64,000 bases of DNA, taken from NCBI GenBank assembly GCA_951406725.2, contig OX597824.1:12028001-12092000 (forward strand). The letters run 5' to 3'. The stretch is from Octopus vulgaris (Eukaryota). Positions within the stretch are counted from its first letter, which is position 1, and each line of letters opens with the position of its first letter. The notes under the pieces are model-generated. The model was not told where the DNA came from and searched no databases. It worked only from the letters and a program-made list of their open reading frames with translations. The position numbers and the translations under genes were made by a program. Positions 40,007-52,529 of the stretch are shown here, in pieces.

Positions 40007-40456
40007 TTCTTTACTACCCACAAGGGGCTAAACACAGAGGGGACAAACAAGGACAGACAAACGGATTAAGTCGATTACATCGACCCCAGTGCGTAACTGG
40101 TACTTATTTAATTGGCGAGCTGGCAGAACAGTTAGCACGCCGGGCGAAATGCTTAGCGGTGTTTCGTCTGCATTACGTTGTGAGTTCAAATTCCGCCGAG
40201 GTCGACTTTGCCTTTCATCCTTTCGGGGTCGATAAATTAAGTACCAGTTACGCACTGGGGTCGATGTAATCGACTTAATACCTATGTCTGTCCTTGTTTG
40301 TCCCCTCTGTGTTTAGCCCCTTGTGGGTAAAAAAGAAATAGGTACTTATTTAATCGACCCCAAAAGGATGAAGGGCAAAGTCGACCTCGGCAGAATTTGA
40401 ACCCAGACCATAACGGCAAACAAAATACGGCTACGCCTTTCGCCTGGCGTGCTAAG
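40007..40456. mobile_element. SINE-B (+, about 40113-40340) inserted antisense into SINE-B (-)
   Basis: TSD GGTACTTATTTAAT at 40099-40112 and 40341-40354; the host sequence is continuous across the insert. Confidence 0.9.
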
Positions 40457-40608
40457 AAGTTTTGAGACTGTATTCTTCTACAGAAAGGATAGATGGGGAG
40501 AGATGAAAACACATTGGAGTTGAGTAGTCAAAGCCTGCTAATATATATATACACACACACACATGCACAATATATATATATATATACACACACACATCTA
40601 TCTATAAC

Positions 40609-40857
40609 CAGTGGCAGACTGGATCTAAAAATATTGGTTGCCAAGAGACTAAGGGGGCCCACCCACAACTACAATGCTATCATTTAACACAGCCAGGCTG
40701 AAATAATTAATGCATTCTTCCAGGAGTGAATAAAAAATTCTCAAACTTCAGGGGATGGGCCCCTTAGATATTAACATGGGCCCCCATATATGGATTCTAA
40801 TGGTGCAAAGGTCCACTTGTCATCCAGCAAGCTGGCAACCTGGACAGTCCGCCACTG
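40609..40857. mobile_element. hAT-like MITE (about 250 bp)
   Basis: TIRs CAGTGGCAGACTG / CAGTCCGCCACTG; degenerate 8-bp flanks TCTATAAC / GTTGTAAC. Confidence 0.7.
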
Positions 40858-40964
40858 GTTGTAACTAAATTTTAGATTGAATTTATTAAAAATCTCATGA
40901 AACTTGTGGTTGCTAAGAAAATATTAAGCAAACATTTTCCCACCAGCAAGTTCCAAAAGATTTT

Positions 40965-40997
<33 letters not shown>

Positions 40998-41000
40998 CTT

Positions 41001-41380
41001 AGGTGCAGGGGTGGCTGTGTGGTAAGTCACATGCTTACCAACCACACAGTTCTGGGTTCAGTCCCACTGCGTGGCACCTTCGGCAAGTGTCTTCTACTAT
41101 AGCCTCCAGCTGACCAAAGCCTTGTGAGTGGATTTGATAGGTGGAAACTGAAAGAAGCCTGTCGTGTATGTATATATATATATGTGTGTGTGTGTTTGTC
41201 CCCCCACCATCACTTGACAACCAATGTTGGTATGCTTACGTACCCTTAACTTAGCAGTTCAGCAAAAGAGGCCGATAGAATAAGTACTAGGCTTACAAAG
41301 AATAAGTCCTGGGATCGGTTTGTTCGACTAAAAGTGGTGCTCCAGCATGGCCACAGTCAAACAAATAAAATAGAAAAGAA
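41001..41380 (+). mobile_element. SINE-A full-length copy
   Basis: A and B boxes, CORE-like segment, microsatellite and tail. Confidence 0.88.
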
Positions 41381-41444
41381 TATGTGTGCATGTGCATGCA
41401 TTTACTACAGCAATACCAGCACCAAACAGTGTTTAAGCACAAGT

Positions 41445-41587
41445 GAACTTTAGGTTAGTTAAAATATGTTTGTGACATATTTCGACTTCTTAAGACAAAT
41501 TCACTGCAGTTACCATGGAGACTCCATGCTAATTTGCCTTTAGAAGTCGAAATATGTCACAAACATATTTTAACTAACCTAAAGTTC
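41445..41587. repeat. Near-perfect inverted repeat, 57-bp arms
   Basis: 41445-41501 pairs with 41531-41587 with 2 mismatches. Confidence 0.95.
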
Positions 41588-41597
41588 GTGTATGTAA

Positions 41598-41634
<37 letters not shown>

Positions 41635-41774
41635 AGTTGGACAGCCATGAAACGATAATTATCATTTTTAATAATTTTGATATATATATAAAATAATATA
41701 AATTAATTATCTTATGTATTGGCTTGAGTTTTTCATTGTATGATTTGCCTAATAGTGGTTTTATCTCTAATTTA

Positions 41775-41827
<53 letters not shown>

Positions 41828-42651
41828 TGATGAGACAGGTCTACAATGTAGTGCTTGATTATAGTGATATTTTGTGGAATTATGCAGTTCATGTTGGTCT
41901 TATACAACCTCCTTAGCAGCCCCAACCATGTAGCTATCTACTGTTCTGTCTCATCAATTGCTTTCTTGTAACCATCACTCTAGACCTCTTCTTTCTCTCT
42001 CTCTTTTATCATTCTCTTACTCTCCTTCTCTTTAATCATGCTCCTTTCTATCACTCCTTTGGCCATATTGCTCCTATCCAGCCTCCTTACCAGCAAAAGC
42101 CATTCTAGTCGACAGTCACATTCACACTTTTATTACACTGGTGCTTTTCTGTTGCTCTTTTGCTCTGGCTGTTTTCCTACCATGTTCATCATCATCATCA
42201 TCGTTTAACGTCCATTTTCCGCGCTAGCACGGGTCGGACGGTTTGACTGGGGTCTGGAAAGCCAGGAGGCTGCACCAGACTCCAGTCTGATCTGGCAGTG
42301 TTTCTACAGCTGGATGCCCTTCCTAACGCCAACCACTCCGTGAGTGTAGTAAGATAAAAAGGAATGGAAAGTTAGAGGCAATACAGATAAAACCAACCCC
42401 CTTTAATCATACCAATTTCTTTGGTGCTGGTCCCATGACAAAATGCACCCAGTGCACTGTGAAGTAGTTGCTGACAGGAAGGACATCCAGCAATAGAAAC
42501 GATGCCAAAAATCAAATGCACGAAAGAGATGCGGTCTCTTAATTTAGGTGGACAGTAACTTAGAATAAGAACTGACTTGGAACAGACGACTCATCCATGC
42601 CAGCAACAAAAAAAGAAAAAAGAAAAATAATGGTGACGTAAATGTGTTTAA

Positions 42652-42887
42652 CCTTTTCATTACTGTATTTATTTTGAGATGCTCTGCGTTTCTTTCAGAA
42701 TAATGCGAACACTAAAGGGTTAAATATAATGAAGAATTTAGTAACATACCTTAGTTATCATTCAGCTAGTGTTAGGAACATAAATTGTGACTAAGGTTTG
42801 GTGGAAGATTTTAATTCCAAACTTATGAAAACAAGACATTTGTACTCAGAGCCAGAGCCGGTTTCAGCAAGGTTGGTAACGAAAGGG
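42652..42887. mobile_element. piggyBac-type MITE family 1
   Basis: TTAA flanks; carries a short extra internal ...AAAGGGTTAA end fragment at about 42698-42723. Confidence 0.8.
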
Positions 42888-43624
42888 TTAAGTCTATATT
42901 GGAGTAAAAACTGCAGTTCATGTTATGTCATGTGTCCAGTAACAGCAGTTCAACAAATAGCAACTAATAAATTAAGCACCTGACTGTAAGTACTGCAATT
43001 AATATGATAAGCTAAGCACTTGAAGGTTGGACTGCAGCATATCTGAAGTCCAATGACTAAAATCAATAAAAAGTAAAAGAAGTTACTTCATGAAGAGTAT
43101 GCTTTATTGAAGAAACCTAATAAGACAGGAGTATGTCAAGAATTTTCTCCCATACACTCTGAAATTATTAAAATAATACTAGTCATTGAGCAGAATATTG
43201 TGTTTATCATATGAATGTTTCTAATTAACTAATTAATTAATTAATTAATTAATATGTGTGTGTAGTTGCTACATTAAATATGTTTAACACATATTTTTCA
43301 TGTGGATAGCATCTGAGTAATTAATTAATCACAGTGATTCACTATTTATTTTTAAATTGTAAGTTGCAATCATATAATGAAGTATGGTTGTTTAATTAGG
43401 TCCCAAAATGGGAGGAGGAGGTTCTAAAACCAATATTAAGCAATATTTAACAAGGCTTTTATGTACTAAATGGACATATGACCATATTTGTGATAGTATG
43501 AAATATGTTAGATTTAGATTTGTATTCAATGTCCTTGAGAGAAATTTAGGCTATGACTTAATGAGCTGCAAATTAGGTGATTAAGCAAATGTATTTAAAT
43601 ACATTTATAATATTAAATATTATA

Positions 43625-44834
43625 TGAGGTGGTATCAAAAGTTCCCGGACTAGTACTTGTAGTCCACCAACAGATGGCAGTACATGATTGCGTGTGCAGT
43701 GAGAGTTAGCAGTGACCTCCATGAGGCAGTGCCGAGTGACATCTCTGTAAGCTTCGCAAGTTGAAAAATTTGTGCTTTTGTGATCATGTGTAAGCTGTAC
43801 TCTGAGATTTTGTCATGGACAGGAAGTTGGAACAGAGGGCCAATGTGAAATCTTGCATTAAATTTGGGAAGTCTGCTACAGAGACATTGAGCATGCTTCA
43901 GCAAGCTTACGGTGACGAGGCAATGGGTCAAGCACAATGTTTTGAGTGGCATGGGTGCTTCAAAAGCATAAGAATGTCCCTGGAAGACTTGCCATGAGCA
44001 TCACCCTTAGAAATGTGAAGAAAATTCATCAGCTTGTGCATGAGGATTGTTGGGGGACAATCAACGACATTGCTGATGTTGTTGGTCTGTTGTATATATC
44101 CATGCAGGCAATCCTAATGTTTGAAGTGAACATGTGGCACAACTCTGCCAAGTTTGTTCCCTACTTGCTGGCCACTGAGCAGAAAGAACATAGTGTCAAA
44201 GTCTGTCAAGATCTCTGTCTGCTTGCCACTGATGACCCATCCCTCATATCGAGGATCATCACCAGAGATGAGAGTTGGGCCTACAGGTATGACCTTGAGA
44301 TGAAGCAGCAGTCGTCATTATGAAAGAGGCCTTCATCTCCATGACTGGAAGAAGGCATGACAGAGTCGCAGTTCAGTCAAGAACATGTTCATTGTTTTTT
44401 GATATTTGTGGTATTGTGCATCAAGAATTCATGAAAAGCAACTGGATTTGTATTGCACGAAAAATTGGATTCTTCAAGATGACAATGCACCGTCACCGAG
44501 CTCTCCTCACATGTGAGTTTCTTGCCAAAAACAACATGGTATTGCTTCTGCACCTGTCTTATTTGCCAGATTTAGCACCTGTGGACTTCCATCTCTTCCC
44601 CCAAGATGAAAATGCAGCTCAAAGGTTACTGTTTCAACACTGTTGTTGAGATCCTGAGCAAATCACAGAAGGTCCTTGACTTGCTTACAGAAAACAAAAT
44701 TCAGGCCAGATTCCAAAAGTGGCAGAAACACCAAGACTTGTGTATTGCTGTATAAGATGTTAAAACTTAAGTTATGCTTTTTTTTTTTTTTTTATTAAAC
44801 ATAACTAGTCTGGGAACCTTTTGATACCACTTCA
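43625..44834 (+). mobile_element. Mariner (DD34D-type) transposon, near full-length, transposase pseudogenised
   Basis: TIRs of about 30 bp (TGAGGTGGTATCAAAAGTTCCCGGACTAGT / ACTAGTCTGGGAACCTTTTGATACCACTTCA) with TA flanks. Frameshifted peptides EQRANVKSCIKFGKSATET, AKFVPYLL, IITRDESWAYRYD and YLPDLAPVDFHLF. Confidence 0.95.
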
Positions 44835-45701
44835 TAATTGTTAATGAGAATTGGTTTCAAAATTTTAATTTTAATTGGAATACAAGCATTTTTGGCTTGA
44901 TGCGTGATACATGTTTCTTGTATGATTTATAACTGTAACCTTCAAATCATCGTTTAATATCCACTTTCCCATCTTTACATGGGTCAGAAAGAATTTGTTG
45001 AAGCAGTCAGATGCCCTTCCTCTCATTAATCCTTAGCTGTTTCCAAGCAAGGTAATATTTCCCCGCGGACAGACATATTTTCACAAATGAACCACACCAC
45101 TTGTATGACAGTGATACTTATTTACAACCATCATGTAATGTCAAAACAAGGGTACACACACACACACACACACATGTCCAAGGCGCTGCATAATGTTCCT
45201 GAATTCAAGACCTCATGACTGGGAAGCAAGCTTTTTACACCACATGACCATGCCTACTCCTAATTCAAACTAAGAAAAGAAGAATGATACTAATTTTGCA
45301 CAGAACCCAATACCAACTCAGTGACAATACTCCATGTCACTAAACTTGGTCCAATTGTTTCAATAAAATAACTGATTTCACCCAAATAGTTCACTGGTTG
45401 TTACCTTATTGACCTTGGTGGAATAAAAGGCAAAGTCAAATTTCAACAGAATGTTAACTTGGAAAGTAAAAGAATGTAGCCAAATATTGCCAAATTTTTT
45501 TGAAAGGACGGGTTCTAATCTAGGCACACGGTCAACAATTTTCAAGAGCAGTTCATTCATTATATTGGCCAGAGTATGTAACTGATATTTTAATTTACTA
45601 ACTCCAAAGGATTGAAAGGTAAAGTTGAACTCAGAACATAAAGAATTGGAGCAAATGCCACTAAGTATTTTGTTCAATGTTCTAAGAATTCTGACAACTT
45701 A

Positions 45702-46535
45702 TGATTTGTTGTGGAGAGATTGATGGCAATAGTAGCTTCAGCATATCCTACCACAAAAGCAAACAATACATTTACACACTGATAACAAATATTGCCTTTA
45801 AATATTTCTGTAAACTCAGCCATGATGAACCAGACAAGAAACAAACATGTTTTATCAAGCATTTTACCTCCAGAAACAAACCAATTATTGAGCAATAATT
45901 GAGTATTTTACCCCCAGAGAAACAAAAAAAGAAAAATTAAATGTAATTTTTTTTTTTACAATAACATAACATTCACTTAAAATTCTCAAAATCTCAACAC
46001 TAACAAATATTTTGAACAATTTTTATCATATATTTATGGAAGCAAAATAAGATCATGTAAATAAAATGCCAAACAAATATTCTACTTTAGCCAGCGGTAA
46101 ACAACGGTCATTATTTAGGTTTTTACTTTTATCTTTTGAAAGAAAAACAGTTTTGTTTTTAAATGCTTTTGTTTATGTGTCTGCTCAATCAAAGTTGTCT
46201 TGGAGCTAAACAAGAACAACGAAAAACCACATTTTTTTATCCAGTAACAACTAAAAATTAACAGATACAACCAACCAACTGACCAACCATCATGCTCCTC
46301 TGCTGAAGACAAAAATTATATTGGAAATATCAACAACATTCCTAAAATATTCACAGAACATGTAGAAAACATTAGCAAAAGCAAAATTATGGAGAAGCAT
46401 AAGCTTTAGATTTGCTCAAAACGAAGAATCGATAGCAATGTAAAAACAATACATCAGTTCCATAATGGATTATTATGTCAGTCATATCTGGATCCTACTT
46501 TCCTTGGCTGCCATCAATCTCTCCACAACAAATCA
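45702..46535. repeat. Perfect 27-bp inverted repeat with a 780-nt spacer
   Basis: TGATTTGTTGTGGAGAGATTGATGGCA (45702-45728) is the exact reverse complement of 46509-46535. Confidence 0.95.
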
Positions 46536-46842
46536 CAAATACAAAACAGCACAAAAAACAAACAAACAAAGCCAAGCCGCACTGACAAAACCCATAAACC
46601 ATCTACATAATGAAGACAAACATGTCCAGAATACCACAATGCAACCGTGCATTATACTACTGTTGTGTAGGAATGTGGTCACGCAGAGAAGACAGTAGTA
46701 TGGTTTATCTGAAATGCTGGAGTTACAGGATTGCAGCTAGATGTTTGGCCAGCTATGTGTGTATCACAGCAGAACTGACTTGCCTGATTTGACATAGCAA
46801 CAATGACAATAAAGCACGGCAGAAGACAAATTCATATATATC

Positions 46843-47074
46843 TATTTCTTTACTACCCACAGGGGGCTAAACACAGAGAGGACAAACAAGGACACAAACG
46901 GATTAAGTCGTTTACATCGACCCCAGTGTGTAACTGGTACTTTATTTATCGACTCCGAAAGGATGAAAGGCAAAGTCGACCTCGGCGGAATTTGAACTCA
47001 GAACGTAACAGCAGACGAAATAGCGCTAAACATCTTGCCCAGCGTCCTAACGATTCTGCCAGCTCGCCACCTTT
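46843..47074 (-). mobile_element. SINE-B full-length monomer
   Basis: Head GGTGGCGAGCTGGCAGAATCGTTAG, B-box GAGTTCAAATTCC, central GACTTTGCCTTTCATCCTTTCGG (resembles the MetaSINE domain as I recall it). TSD ATTCATATATATC. Confidence 0.9.
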
Positions 47075-47309
47075 ATTCATATATATCATACATACTAACA
47101 TGATCAGATGATAGAAATAAAATCCTCTTTGAGGACCTACATACAATACATTGATGTCATTTTGTGCTCACAAATGTATCTATGAGTGATGAGTATCTGT
47201 ACTTAAAATGACTGTTGTACACCAACCATCACACAAACCCTATAATTCAGAATCAAATAATAAAAAATATTGACTTTAATCTGAGACAGAGCTGGGGCAA
47301 TGTAGTTAA

Positions 47310-47977
47310 CCCTTTAGCATTCAGATTACTCTATCAAATGTAAAGTTCATTTATTCATATTCATCATCATCGCCTAACATCTGTTTTCCATGCTAGCATG
47401 GGTTGGACGGTTCGACCGGGGTCTGGGAAGCCAGGAGGCTGCACCAGGCTCCAGTCTGACCTGGCAGTGTTTCTACAGCTGGATGCCCTTCCTAACGCCA
47501 ACCACTCCGTGAGTGTAGTGGGTGCTTTTTACGTGCCACCGGCACAGGGGCCAGATGAGGCTGGCAAACGGTCACAATTGGTTGGTGCTTTTACGTGTCA
47601 CCGACACGGACACCAGTTAGGCGACGCTGGCAACTGTCACATTTGGATGGTGCTTTTAACGTGGCACCGGCACAGGTATCTTAACTGCAATTTCTATTTC
47701 ATTTTGATGTTGGTGTTAACGTACTTGACTCAATAGGCCTCCTCAAGAACAGCGGGTCACTCTACGATCCAAGGTTAGCACAGCAGGCCGTCCTGCGAGC
47801 CATGGACTCGCATTGTTTTGAATTAATCCTGCATTACCATGTTAACTTTGAGATTTTGATCATGTGTTTGTTTATTTTTAAAATGACACTGTAGGATAGG
47901 TGTGAGAGGCTGGATCTGGTTGGTCTGAACATAAAACAATATTTGGACCAGACTTGGCTGGTTTAAATGGTAAAGAG
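47310..47977. mobile_element. piggyBac-type MITE family 2 split by an RTE 3' fragment (about 47361-47810, minus); partial copies at about 10404, 16309 and 33575
   Basis: TTAA|CCCTTTAGCATT ... AATGGTAAAGAG|TTAA. Confidence 0.78.
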
Positions 47978-49229
47978 TTAAATCATCCACAATTAACAGA
48001 CTTCTCTCTCTCTCTCTTTCACTCACACACACACACAGCCACAACTGTCAATTCTCTATATAATGTAAAAACAAAAGTTTGTAGCTACAGCAAGCACACA
48101 ATTCAGCTCAGTTCACCCTACAGTTCCTGCAGCTTATATGCTCAACTGTTTGCTGACTCTTTAAAACACTGATAATATTTAACAACACATAGGGACATTG
48201 AAGTAAGCACAACACCACTTCACATTCAATGTACAAATACTGTATTGGCTTCTCTAAACATCTCCCTTCGCTTCCAAAAACACAATAAGCACATTATTGG
48301 AGGATACCTTTGTAGATACACTGCATCCCTCTCACTGAAAGAAAAGTACTTCAACAATTCTGACACTCAGGTATACAGTTTTCCTCACAGTGTGAAGAAT
48401 AAAGAAGTAAAAATTATGGGAAAAGCATCCACCCAAAGTACCCAAAGTGCAAGAATAATGAACAGTAACTACAAATAGGAGATAACATCATCATCATTGT
48501 TTTAACATCCATTTTCCCATGGTTGCATGGGTCAGACAAAACCTGTTGAGGCACATTTTCTACATGGGCTGCCCTACCTGCCACTGACCCCCACCTATTT
48601 CCAAGTAAAGATTGAAAATGAAGTCCATTTGCCAAACTGTGAGACACATATATAAAATGGGCTTCCATACAGTTTCCATCTACCAAATTCACTTACAAAG
48701 GTTAGGGTTAGCTCAAACTGATGGTTGGTCAAGTTGCCATGCAGTGGGACTGAACCTGGACCAATTTCTTTTCTTTTCTTTATGACTCAGTCAAAGAAGA
48801 AAAGGTAATGTCTCATGACCTTCGTAGGATCTTAAGAGGCCAGCACAAGAAACCACCATTACTCATGGATTACTAATAACCACTACTTTCACCTGTGTAA
48901 GTAGCCTAGTCGGAAGTCAGTCGTTGGAGGTGTGGCTTCCTAAGCATTAATTATGAAACCTTGTTCCTTGTCATATCCGGCAGTGACCACTGGAGAGTAA
49001 CTCACCTGTAAGGAATAACGACTTGTGTATTTGCATGCACACATGTTAGTGAATACACAAATGAGTTTCAGAAAACTGGAAAACAATACTTTTACCAACA
49101 AAACTATACCACTTGTTATTGACAATACAATAATTACTATGGTGTATTTATATATTTATTGTCACACACAAAGGATCTTAACTAATTTTAAATATCTATT
49201 TATAACACATAAACACAGAATTTACTTAA

Positions 49230-49450
49230 CCCTTTCGTTACTGTATTTATTGTGAGATGCTCTGTGTTTCTTCAAATTATTTTAAATATAACAAAGAATT
49301 TAGTAAAATAACATCGTTATCATTAAGCTAGGGTTAGGAACATACATTGTGACTAAGATTTGGTAGGAGACTTGAATTCAAAACTTATGAAAACAAGACA
49401 TTTGTACTATAGAGCCAGAGCCGGTTTCAGCTGGGTTGGTAACAAAAGGG
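49230..49450. mobile_element. piggyBac-type MITE family 1
   Basis: TTAA|CCCTTTCGTTAC ... GTAACAAAAGGG|TTAA. Confidence 0.88.
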
Positions 49451-51529
49451 TTAATCATAGAAATTACATTGTGTGGACAGAGTTCCCTTTACAACCACCT
49501 GGTTTCAAGCTCTATCTCACTGGTGTCTTCTACAATAGCCTAGGGCCAACCAATGTTATGTGATTGGAATTTGTAGTTGAGACTGTAAGGAAGCTTGTTA
49601 TGTGTACACGATTGTGCACATGTGTGAATTTGTTGTCCATGTTGATATTCTACAACCTTGCTTGTCACGGCCTGAATGAAATGGTGATTTGATGTTTACA
49701 TTCCTTGCTGACAGAATGTGCTGTTTCTCAATACTTTCAAAGACCAATAAAATAGGATTTTAAAAAAATCCCTTACTTGAAAAAGAGATATGGGCTGGCA
49801 ACAAGAAGGTCATCTGGTCAAAAAATGCTGTCTGAAATAAGTTTCAATCTAACTTATAACAGAACGACAAAACAGGCATATACTAATGAGCGTGCACACA
49901 CATGATGGCTAAGTGGTTAAGAAGTTTGTTACGTGTTCCTTCCAACTGTGCAACACTTTGGGTTAGTAACTACTATAGTCCCTGATCAAAGCCTTTTGAG
50001 TGGATTTGGTAGATGGAAACTGAAATGAAGCTCATTGTATTTTTATATATGTACATGTGTTTGTGTAACCACATCTGCTTGTCTTCACATCACATGCTAA
50101 TTGTAAACAAATGTTACTGTCATACAAAGTGCTTTTCATTTGCAAACTTCCTTGAAAACATGCCTGGCCATTGTGTTGCTTATGTTTGAAGGGTTAGGGG
50201 CAAATATTATCTTGCTTAGAAACAGGTGAGGATAGGCAACAGGAAGAGCTTGACTGTAGAGAATTTGCCTCAACAAATTTCAGCTGACCCATGCAAGCAT
50301 GGAAAAGTAGATGACAAAACAAGGACAATAGTGATGATGAAGGTTTAGTGATACAAGAGAAAGAGAACTCAATATAGAAAAGTAGAGCACGTGAATTTTT
50401 TAAATTATTATTTAGCCAAAAAATCACATTAGTGGACTTGAGTGCCAAAAGTGACATGCATTTAATTTATAAATCAAAATGTTTTTCTTTAATATACGAA
50501 AAATGATTGTGCCAAACCTTTCTATCAAAATACCAAATGTGTGTGTGTGTACATGCGCATTATCACGCACACATACACACACATCTAGGTATTGTTGTGT
50601 AGTAAGAAGCAGAGATGCTGGATGACTGGAGGAAGGAGCCCATGCCCTGGACAGAGGATGAGGAATGGCCTTTGCAGGTGACTACGAAGGTCATATCGGA
50701 TGTTGCTACGGTCAGGGTGATGAACACCTCAAAGGACAGGTTTAGATACGCCTTCTGGGGCCCAAACCTGGAGCTGGAGCATTGCCTAAGGGAAGTGTAC
50801 AGCCTTATCTGGGAGGAAGGGCTTTGTGCATAGTATTTATATATATTATAGGTAATTATTGAACTATGTTGTTGTTTGTAATGGACTGTTAAGTCCAAAA
50901 ATTGAAAAGTTGTAAGAGGTTTAATACCTCGTTTTGTGTTTGATTTTAAAGAACAATGTTTTAGAGAAGCATCTTCTCCCATCATTATCATTCATTTCAT
51001 TAATATCCTTGTTCAGCCCGCAAAGCTACTTTACTGTATGTACTGCTTTTATGGCAAATATAATGAATTGAATTTTGCTTCCCAATTAAATAATTTTGGG
51101 TTTAGTCCCACTGTATGCAACCTTGGGCATGTGTCTTCTACTAGAGCAACTGGCTGACCAAAGCCATGAGAATGATTTGGTAGACAGAAACTAAAAAGAG
51201 CCAATTTTGTGTGCACATGCGTGTCTTATTGTCTCTTTGCTTTGACTTCATGTGACAGATGTAAATGAGTGCCACTGTCATGTAAGTGATGTCCTTCACA
51301 TCCAATCCTCCATGAAAGCATATCTGTCATGATGAAATTCTGCCTTATTGCAAACTAGTGAGTTTGTGAAAAGGGCACCTAGCTGTAGAAAATCTGCTTC
51401 AACAAAATGCGTCTGACCCATGCAAGCATGGAAAAGTGGACGTTAAAATAATGTTGATATGTATGTGTGCATGTATGTGTACATACACACACAGATACAG
51501 TATTCAAATAGGCAAGCTTGAATGTAATA

Positions 51530-52292
51530 TATGTGTGAAAAAGTGTCACACCCTAGCAGTAGAGGGAACCTGTGGAAGAGGTAGACCCAGGAAGACCTGG
51601 GATGAGGTGGTGAAGCACGACCTTTGAACATTGGGCCTCACTGAGGCAATGACAAGTGACTGAGACCTTTGGAGATATGCTGTGCTTGAGAAGACCTGGC
51701 AAGCCAAGTGAGACCATAACCATGGCCTATGCCAGTGCAGCATAACCAGCCCATTTAAGAGTACCCTTCAATCATTGAGCAATAAACTGTGCTTGCAAAG
51801 ACCTGTTGAGGCAAGTGAAGTCATTGTCGTGGCCGATGACAGTACCGCCTGATTGGCACCCATGCCGGTTGGATGTAAAAAGCACCATTCAAGTGTGGTC
51901 GATGCCAGTACTACCTGACCGATCTCGTGTCGGTGTTACATAAAAAGCACCATTCGAGTGTGATCGTTGCCAGTACTGCCCAACTGGCTCCCGTACTGGT
52001 GGCATGTGAAAAGCACTATCCAAGTGTGGTTGATGCCAGTGCCGGTGGCACATAAAAAGCACCATTCAAGCATGGTCGTTGCCAGTGCCACCTGACTGGC
52101 TCCCGTGCTGGTGGCACATAAAAATTACCCACTACACTCTTGGAGTGGTTGGCATTAGGAAGGGTATCTTGCTGTAGAAACTTTAACAGATTAGATTGGA
52201 GCCTGGTGCAGCCTTCTGGCTTGCCAGCCCCCAGTCAAACCGTCTAACCCATGCCAGCATGGAAAGCGGACATTAAACAATGATGATGATGA
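51530..52292 (+). mobile_element. 5'-truncated RTE-clade LINE: ORF C-terminus, 3'UTR with tandem repeats and (GAT)n tail
   Basis: VKKCHTLAVEGTCGRGRPRKTWDEVVKHDL...DLWRYAVLEKT is a typical RTE C-terminus; it is followed by the family C tail. Confidence 0.9.
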
Positions 52293-52529
52293 ACAAATAC
52301 TAAGTGTGAATAAGAAACAAAGAAGTATTCAGTCATCCCAAGATTTAATTTAACACCAAATGATATCATCAATCTTGCCTTTACTTTATACAGACATCAA
52401 ATTACTGTTATTCCAGTGTTTTCAATAACCATCAGCAAATCAGAAATATTTCTACATTAGTTTATCATCATTTTCAAAAGAGTTACTTAAGATAAACAAA
52501 TCTGATGTCATTATTGATGACACAGATAA

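Noticed and set aside
39763-40269. 168-aa ORF, the longest in the track
   Set aside because: Its second half is nested SINE-B sequence, so it is a chance read-through.
46280-46302. RSMMVG as the CLASRP first coding exon (RGMMVDY)
   Set aside because: The flanks do not match MWHEARK or KKRAERRRE. The start exon was not found in this window.
51835-52130. CRISPR-like repeat array
   Set aside because: Eukaryotic context, no unique spacers and no cas genes; it is an RTE 3'UTR tandem repeat.
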